NCBI GenBank assembly: GCA_963839405.1
Contig: CAWIUV010000003.1
Span: forward strand, 237,445 to 301,444
Source of the DNA: an uncultured Thermoleophilaceae bacterium
GTDB taxonomy: Bacteria > Actinomycetota > Thermoleophilia > Solirubrobacterales > Thermoleophilaceae
Direction of reading: 5' to 3'
Length of the DNA stretch: 64,000 nucleotides
Part shown: positions 58,530 to 64,000 of the stretch, in pieces
Layout: every line of letters begins with the position of its first letter
How positions within the stretch are numbered: position 1 is the first letter of the stretch
The notes under the pieces: generated by a model
Told to the model about the DNA's origin: nothing
Database searches by the model: none
Seen by the model: the letters and a program-made list of their open reading frames with translations, nothing else
Position numbers and translations under genes: made by a program

Positions 58530-60765
58530 CTATGCAGCCTGCATGCGGGTCATCACTTCGAGCGCGCCGTTCTTGTTGAGCGGCTCGTTCAAATTGCCGC
58601 ATTTCGGCGATTGGACGCACGACGGGCAGCCGAGCTTGCAGGGGCACTCGGCGATGAGGCGCCGCGCGTCATCCACGAGCGTCTCGAACATGCGGAAGCC
58701 GATCCGCGTGATCCCCACGCCGCCCGCGTGGCCGTCGTAGATGAAGACGGTGGGCCGTGCGGTCTGCGGGTGTGAGTTCGTCGAGAGCCCGCCGATGTCC
58801 CAGCGGTCGCACATGGCGATCAGCGGCAGGACGGCGATCTGGGTGTGCTCGGCAGCGTGCAGCGACCCCAGCAGCACCTCGAGCGGGAACTCCGAGCGCA
58901 GGAGCTCGTCGGGGACCTCGTACCAGAGGGCCTGGGTGACGAACTGCTGCTCGGGCAGGTCCACCGGGAGCAGGTCGAGCACCTCGTGGTCGGCCACCCG
59001 CTTCTTCTGGAACGCGACCACCTGCTCCGTTACCGAGACCACGCCGAACGAGAGCTCGACGCCGTAGATGGTGCGGCGGTCGAGCACCTCCTCGATCCAC
59101 GTCTCCGTCTCCTTCTTCGGCTGCGTGTACCAGTCGCCGGAGAACGGCCGGACGAGCGCGCGGCTGCCGCGCAGGTCGAGCTCCTCCACCTCGTAGCTCT
59201 GGCCCATGTGGAGGTAGACCGCCCCCGGATGGATCGTCGTGTGGGCGCGGCCCAGCTCGACCGAGCCGATCAGCTCGCCGCCGTCCGCCTCGACGACGGC
59301 GATCGAATCGATCCCGGCCGAGCGCAGCGAGATCCGCCCGGCTGGGAACTCGTCTGTGCGCGGCGTGTAGCGCCCGGCTCGCTCACGCAGCCGCCCCTCG
59401 GCGACCAACCGCTCGGCGTACAGCTCCCAGCGCGGGCCGAGCGTGTCGGCATCGTCCGCGGTCAGCGGCAGCTCATATGCCGCCGCGACCAGGTGCTGGA
59501 CGTGGATCTCCTCGGACTCGTGGTCGAGGATCGCGTGCTCGACGGACCGGTCGAGGAACTCGTCGGGATGGCGGCAGAAGAATTGGTCGAGCGCGTCGTC
59601 GCCGGCCACGTACAGCGCCAGCCCGGTTTGGCGGCGGCCGGCGCGGCCCCACATCTGGCGCAGGCTCGCCACCGTGCCCGGGAACGTCACGCATATGGCG
59701 GCGTCGAGGTCGCCGACGTCGATCCCGAGCTCGAGCGCGTCGGTGGCCACGACCGCGAGCAGCTCGCCCTCGGACAGCCGTCGCTCGATCTCGCGCCGCT
59801 GGGTCGGCGTGTAGCCGGCGCGGTACGGCGCGATCCGCTCGGCCAAGTCCGCTCGGCCGGCGTCCTCGAGGCGGAGCTTCGTGAACCGCTGGATCAGCTC
59901 GACCCCGCGGCGCGACTTGAGGAAGCAGATCGTGCGCACCTCGGCCTGCATCAGCTCCGCGAGGAGCTGCGCCGCCTCCGACAGCGCCGACCCGCGGATG
60001 CCCGCGTCCTCGTCGATGAGCGGCGGGTTCCACATGACGACCTGGCGCTCGGCGTGCGGCGCGCCGTCGCGGTCCACCAGCCCGAGGTCGAGGCCCGTCA
60101 GGCGCTCGCCGAGCTCGAGCGGGTTGCCGATCGTCGCACTGGTCAGCACGAACCGCGGCTCGCGTGCCATACGCGCGCGCGAGCCGGCGCAGGCGCCGGA
60201 GCACGTTGCCGACGTGCGAGCCGAACACGCCGCGATAGACGTGAGCCTCGTCCACCACGACCCAGGCGAGGTTCGCCAGCACGTCGCCCCAGTTGCGGTG
60301 ATGGGGCAGCACCCCCACGTTCAGCATGTCCGGGTTCGTGAGGATCAGGTTCGACCGCCCGCGGATCGCGCGGCGCTCCTCCTTCGGCGTGTCGCCGTCG
60401 TAGATCGCGTGGCGCAGGAACGGCGCGCGCAGCTCGTGGAGCTTCCGCGCCTGGTCCTGCGCGAGCGCCTTCGTCGGGTAGAGGTAGAGCGCGCGTGCGC
60501 GTGGGTCGCGCGCGAGCGTGTCGAGCACGGGCAGGTTGAACGCGAGCGACTTGCCGCTCGCGGTGCCGGTCGTGACGATCACCGGTCCGGCCATCGCCGC
60601 CTCGAACGCCTCGGCCTGGTGCGAGTAGAGCTCGTCGATGCCCGCTCCGCCGAGCGACTCCCGCAGGGCGGGATGGAGCTCGTCAGGCAGCGCGGTGGTC
60701 TCGGCCGGCTTCGCGCCGTAGCGGGCCTGGCGCACGAGCTGCTCGCCGCGGCCCGCCTCGATCAC
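58530..60765 (-). pseudogene. DEAD/DEAH-box helicase with C-terminal DUF1998/MZB 4-Cys domain (MrfA/YprA-like), one frameshift near 60170
   Basis: [22 protein letters not shown] and TSATIGNP. C-terminal CPCKLGCPSCVQSPKCGNLN. The two halves are ORFs 59473..60765 and 58530..60170. Confidence 0.85.
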
Positions 60766-60804
60766 GTCGCTCCAGGGCGTCTTCGCGGCGGTCGTTGGGC
60801 ATCG

Positions 60805-60828
60805 GGGGTCAGGCTAAAGCCTGACCCC
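60805..60828 (-). terminator. Hairpin after the lipoprotein gene
   Basis: GGGGTCAGGC-taaa-GCCTGACCCC, 17 nt past the stop at 60845 and about 40 nt before the helicase start. Confidence 0.5.
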
Positions 60829-60844
60829 GGTAGCGAGGATTCGC

Positions 60845-61859
60845 CTACTGGCAGTTCGGGTCGTCGCCGTCGACCAGGCCCGGCTCGCCCTCGTTGTCGA
60901 GGCCGTCGTTGCAGATGTCGGTCGGGGGCGGCGGGGGCGGCGGCGGGTCGGCGCGGGCTCGGGCGCGTTGCCCTCCAGCTCGGCGCACTGCTCGGCCTCG
61001 AGCTGCGAGCGCGGCGGGTCGCACTGGAGGCCCTGGGGCTCGGGGGGCCGGCGCCGGCTCGGGCGCGGGTTCGGGCAGGGGCGCAGGCTCGGGTTCGGGC
61101 GGCGGTCCGTAGATGTTCACCGCGGTCACCACCGGCGGATCCGGATACGCCTTGTAACAGTCCTTGTACGGACCGGACTGCTGCTGCGAGATGTACACCT
61201 CGTCGTAGCCGCCGTTCGGGTAGTACGTCTTGCGGTAATAGGTCTTGTCGTAGCTCCGCCCGGGCTCGAACTTGCACTGCTTGGGCGGCTGGTAGTCGGG
61301 CGGGCAGCCGGTGCACTTCGGCCTCCGGCGTGAAGACGGCCGGGCCGAGCGGGTTGCCGCAGTAGCAGCGCACGACCGGCACGCCGTACTCGTCGACGAG
61401 CACGGCGGTTCCGGCCTGGAGGATCGCCTGGAACGGCACGGCCTGCCCGTTCGTGAACGCGTGGTTGGTGACCTGGGTGTCGCGGGTCAGCGTCACCGGG
61501 TGGAGCTTCGCGATGTACTTCTTCACCGCGCTGATCTGCGGCTCGATGCCGAGTACGCGCGCCCATTCGGCCATGCGCTCGGGGTTCGCCTCGAGGAACT
61601 CGATCAGCTTGTCGCGGTCGCAGACGCGGTTCGAGCCGCTGCCGCCGAACGGCTGCTGGACCTCGACGGTCTCGTCTCCCTCGACGTCCGCCGGCGGGGT
61701 GAACGGGTCCTCGCCCGGGTCCTCCGGCTCCTGGAAGCTGATCGTTTGCGTGTCGGCGGCCTCGGACGAGGCGTCGTCGTCATCGCCGCCGCAGGCCCCA
61801 ATGGCGAGGCAGGCAGCCACCAGAGCGAGCCACCAGGTGTACCGCAGGAGCCAAGACAC
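60845..61859 (-). pseudogene. Conserved actinobacterial lipoprotein (resembles the DUF6777 family) with Pro-rich linker and Cys-rich C-terminus, at least one frameshift near 61318
   Basis: Lipobox LAIGACGG. Block NRVCDRDKLIEFLEANPERMAEWARVLGI..VTNHAFTNGQAVPFQAILQAGTAVLVDEYGVPVVRCYCGNPL. It continues as CTGCPPDYQPPKQCKFEPG..DICNDGLDNEGEPGLVDGDDPNCQ in ORF 60845..61198. Confidence 0.6.
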
Positions 61860-61912
61860 CTACGAACGAGTGTCTCAGCGCCAACGGACTGCGTCAACTA
61901 ATTTCCGCCGCG

Positions 61913-62695
61913 ATGGCGATTCGCTGCGTTTACACGGACCTGGACGGCACTCTCCTCGGCCGGGGAGCCTCACTCTTCCGCGATGCCGAAGGCAACTTCA
62001 CGCTGCTGCCCGCGCGCGCTCTCGAGGCATGCCACCGCGCCGGCGTCGAGGTCGTCATCAAGTCGGGCCGGCGCAAGGCGCAGGTGATGGAGGACGCGCG
62101 GCTGCTCGGGCAGACGGCCTACATCTACGAGGTCGGCTGCGGCCTTCACCTCGACGGCGAGGACACCTACCTCGGCGAGCTGACGCCGCAGGAGGGCAAG
62201 ACGGTCTGGCAGCAGATCGACGAGTCGGGCGCGCCTCGGCTACTGCTCGAGCGCTACGAGGGCCGGCTCGAGCCCCACGCTCCTTGGCATCGCGATCGTC
62301 AGTTCTCGCATCTGCTCCGCGGGCTGGTCGACGTCGACGAGGCGAACGCGCTTCTGCCGGACAACCTGCGGCTCGTGGACAACGGCGACATCTCGCCGAA
62401 GGAGACGCTGCTCGGGCTGGAGGGCCCGCCGCACGCCTATCACCTGATCCCACGCGGGGCATCGAAGGCCGAGGCGGTCGCGGCTCACATGCGCGCGCGC
62501 GGGTACGCGCGCGAGGAGTGCATGGCGGTCGGCGACTCGGTCGAGGACATGGGCGTGGCGGAGCACGTCGGCCGCTTCTTCCTGGTCGCGAACGCGAAGG
62601 TGCAGCCCGCAGGCGACAACGTCGAGGTGACCGAGGCCGCCAACGGCGAGGGGTTCTACGAGGCCGTTGTACGAGCGCTTGCAGAGTCCCGGTAG
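61913..62695 (+). CDS. HAD-superfamily (Cof/MPGP-like) phosphatase
   Basis: Motif I YTDLDGTLL, motif III K and motif IV GDSVEDM. TAATTT lies 8 nt before the ATG. Confidence 0.8.
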   Translation: MAIRCVYTDLDGTLLGRGASLFRDAEGNFTLLPARALEACHRAGVEVVIKSGRRKAQVMEDARLLGQTAYIYEVGCGLHLDGEDTYLGELTPQEGKTVWQQIDESGAPRLLLERYEGRLEPHAPWHRDRQFSHLLRGLVDVDEANALLPDNLRLVDNGDISPKETLLGLEGPPHAYHLIPRGASKAEAVAAHMRARGYAREECMAVGDSVEDMGVAEHVGRFFLVANAKVQPAGDNVEVTEAANGEGFYEAVVRALAESR

Positions 62696-62763
62696 CTCGT
62701 AACCGTCGTCACAAGCTCGGTGTAGATAGGCCGCAACGCAGTTGGAACCCAAAGGAGGTTCTG

Positions 62764-63474
62764 ATGTCACGCCTGTCTGACTCGCACCACTTCCGCAAGA
62801 CCGTTGCGGGCGTGTGCATGATCGGCGCGCCGCTCCTGCTCCTCGTCGGGATGATCATCCACCCGGAGAGCAAGACCGACGTCGCTGACCAACTCGCCGT
62901 GATCTCGTCGAACATGGACGAGTGGTACGTGGCGCACCTGATCGTCGCCATCTCGCTCGTGCTCGCCGTGCCGGCCGTCCTCGGCCTGATGCACATGCTG
63001 CGCGAGCGTGAGGTCGCCTACGGCCATCTGGGTGGCGGCTTCGCCATGGTCGGGCTGCTCGCCATCATGGGCATCGTCGCGATGGAGGGCTTTGTCGGCT
63101 GGCAGGCTGCCGCCGCTGGCCCGGCCGATGCGCCCGCGATGACAGCCCTGTTCGAGCGCGTGACGGAGACGACGGGCGTGGTCCTGCCGTTCTTCGTCAT
63201 GTCGTACGCGTTCACCGTCGGGATGCTGTTCCTGGCGGCAGGCCTCTACCGCGCTCGTGCGGTCCAGTCGTGGACCGCGGCGATGCTCGGTATCGGCGCG
63301 ATCGTCTTTGCCGTGGGCACGTCCATGGCCGAGAACGTCGTGGCGATCATCGGGGCCGCCGTTCTGCTGGTCGGCTTCTTCCAGGTCGGCCGGACGGTGC
63401 TCACCGAGTCCGACGAGGACTGGGAGCACACCCCCGAGCACAGCGGCTTCCGCCCGCTGGCCGGGACCCGCTAA
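62764..63474 (+). CDS. Integral membrane protein of unknown function (about 6 TM helices)
   Basis: AAAGGAGG lies 6 nt before the ATG. Only this C-terminal part of the 673-aa track ORF 61453..63474 looks like real coding sequence. Confidence 0.6.
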   Translation: MSRLSDSHHFRKTVAGVCMIGAPLLLLVGMIIHPESKTDVADQLAVISSNMDEWYVAHLIVAISLVLAVPAVLGLMHMLREREVAYGHLGGGFAMVGLLAIMGIVAMEGFVGWQAAAAGPADAPAMTALFERVTETTGVVLPFFVMSYAFTVGMLFLAAGLYRARAVQSWTAAMLGIGAIVFAVGTSMAENVVAIIGAAVLLVGFFQVGRTVLTESDEDWEHTPEHSGFRPLAGTR

Positions 63475-64000
63475 GCGAGCTCTTGACCCGCGCGCCGCAG
63501 GGCGCGCGGGTCTCTCGCTTCCCGCACGCTCGCGAGGTCGAGCACGCGGCGTCCGAACATGTCGAGCTCGTCCTCGCCGACGATCGCGTGGCACCAGACG
63601 CCCGCTTGGCGGCATCGCGTCGCCACCTCGGCAACGGCCTTGCCCGCGAGCGTCGACTCGTCCAGCTTCCCCTCGCCGGTGACGACGAACGGCGCCCGGC
63701 GCATGTGATCGTCGAAGCCGATCGCGTCGAGCACGTAAGACGGCCCGGCCACCAGCTCCGCGCCGAGCTCGGACCACAGCGCTCCTGAGATGCCACCGCC
63801 GCAGCCGGTCATCGGCACGCCGCGTGGGTCCTTCTTCATCGCGCGTGCCTGGCGGGCGAGCTTCGCGCTCAGGCGCTTGACCGCGTCCTTGTCGGCGCCC
63901 TTCTGCGGGCCGAAGTCGCTCGCCGCGCGATCCCAGGGTGTGCGCACGTCGCACACCGCCGTGAAGCGAGTGCCGCGCGGAACCTCGCCCAGCGCATCCA
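63471..64000 (-). CDS. glxK: Glycerate kinase, C-terminal part (gene continues past the window end)
   Basis: ..AVCDVRTPWDRAASDFGPQKGADKDAV.. and PFVVTGEGKLDESTLAGKAVAEVA match the glycerate kinase C-terminal half. Confidence 0.8.
   Translation of the reverse strand, partial: DALGEVPRGTRFTAVCDVRTPWDRAASDFGPQKGADKDAVKRLSAKLARQARAMKKDPRGVPMTGCGGGISGALWSELGAELVAGPSYVLDAIGFDDHMRRAPFVVTGEGKLDESTLAGKAVAEVATRCRQAGVWCHAIVGEDELDMFGRRVLDLASVREARDPRALRRAGQELA

Noticed and set aside
58530-60765. DUF1998 helicase as part of a DISARM-like or other anti-phage defence system.
   Set aside because: The neighbours are an M23 peptidase and a lipoprotein. There is no DrmB/DrmC, methyltransferase, PLD nuclease or second DUF1998 gene. 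The architecture matches the widespread MrfA/YprA-type repair helicase.
61453-63474. 673-aa ORF spanning the HAD phosphatase region.
   Set aside because: The first two thirds are an out-of-frame or antisense shadow (Arg/Ala/Gly-rich) overlapping two well-supported genes. Only the last 236 codons, preceded by AAAGGAGG, look like a real membrane protein.
1-64000. Mobile elements: IS elements, transposases, phage integrases, toxin-antitoxin pairs, restriction-modification genes.
   Set aside because: No ORF in any frame showed DDE or HUH transposase, tyrosine or serine recombinase, methyltransferase or classical TA motifs during manual inspection of the track.

Overview
Very GC-rich (about 70% by eye) chromosomal segment of actinobacterial type. 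The GC content, frequent leaderless-type starts, fused PafBC and an lhr-nei operon suggest a deep-branching Actinomycetota lineage such as Thermoleophilia or Rubrobacteria, but there is no rRNA in the window to confirm this.

I can support about 58 protein genes, one tRNA-Phe(GAA), a tandem pair of CIRCE operators in front of groES-groEL, and a few hairpin terminators. I found no CRISPR array, IS element, transposase, integrase or prophage gene.

Gene content, in order:
- Housekeeping and stress genes: fdxA, groESL, and an ECF sigma / anti-sigma / Crp / pcm / Nudix / ASCH string.
- A tightly coupled DNA-repair operon: ABC-2 permease, HD-GYP, family-5 UDG, Lhr, Nei, GDPD.
- A dTDP-rhamnose cluster (rmlA, rmlD, rmlB), a fused PafBC regulator and a YhaM-like nuclease.
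- Many secreted hydrolases: S8, S15, M14, M23, GH3, alpha/beta hydrolases, and two thermonuclease-LTD nucleases.
- Signalling genes: a degenerate GGDEF + HD-GYP protein and a PAS-SARP regulator.

Two observations dominate.
1. About 24 genes have their reading frame broken by single-nucleotide indels, roughly 44 frame switches outside the 47.2-49.7 kb array (about 0.7 per kb). This fits consensus indel error at least as well as real pseudogenisation. Every pseudogene call below carries that caveat.
2. The most unusual structure is at 47.2-49.7 kb. Immediately after gloA lie five tandem 0.46-0.51 kb units. Each holds an NTF2/SnoaL-like gene on the minus strand; one is intact and four are heavily decayed. 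The units are interleaved with partial copies of the gloA 3' end and joined by a near-identical ~74-nt promoter plus start-codon module. Two paralogous secreted SNase-LTD nucleases follow.

All coordinates come from the supplied ORF track plus manual reading. No similarity searches were run, so family assignments rest on recognised motifs only.
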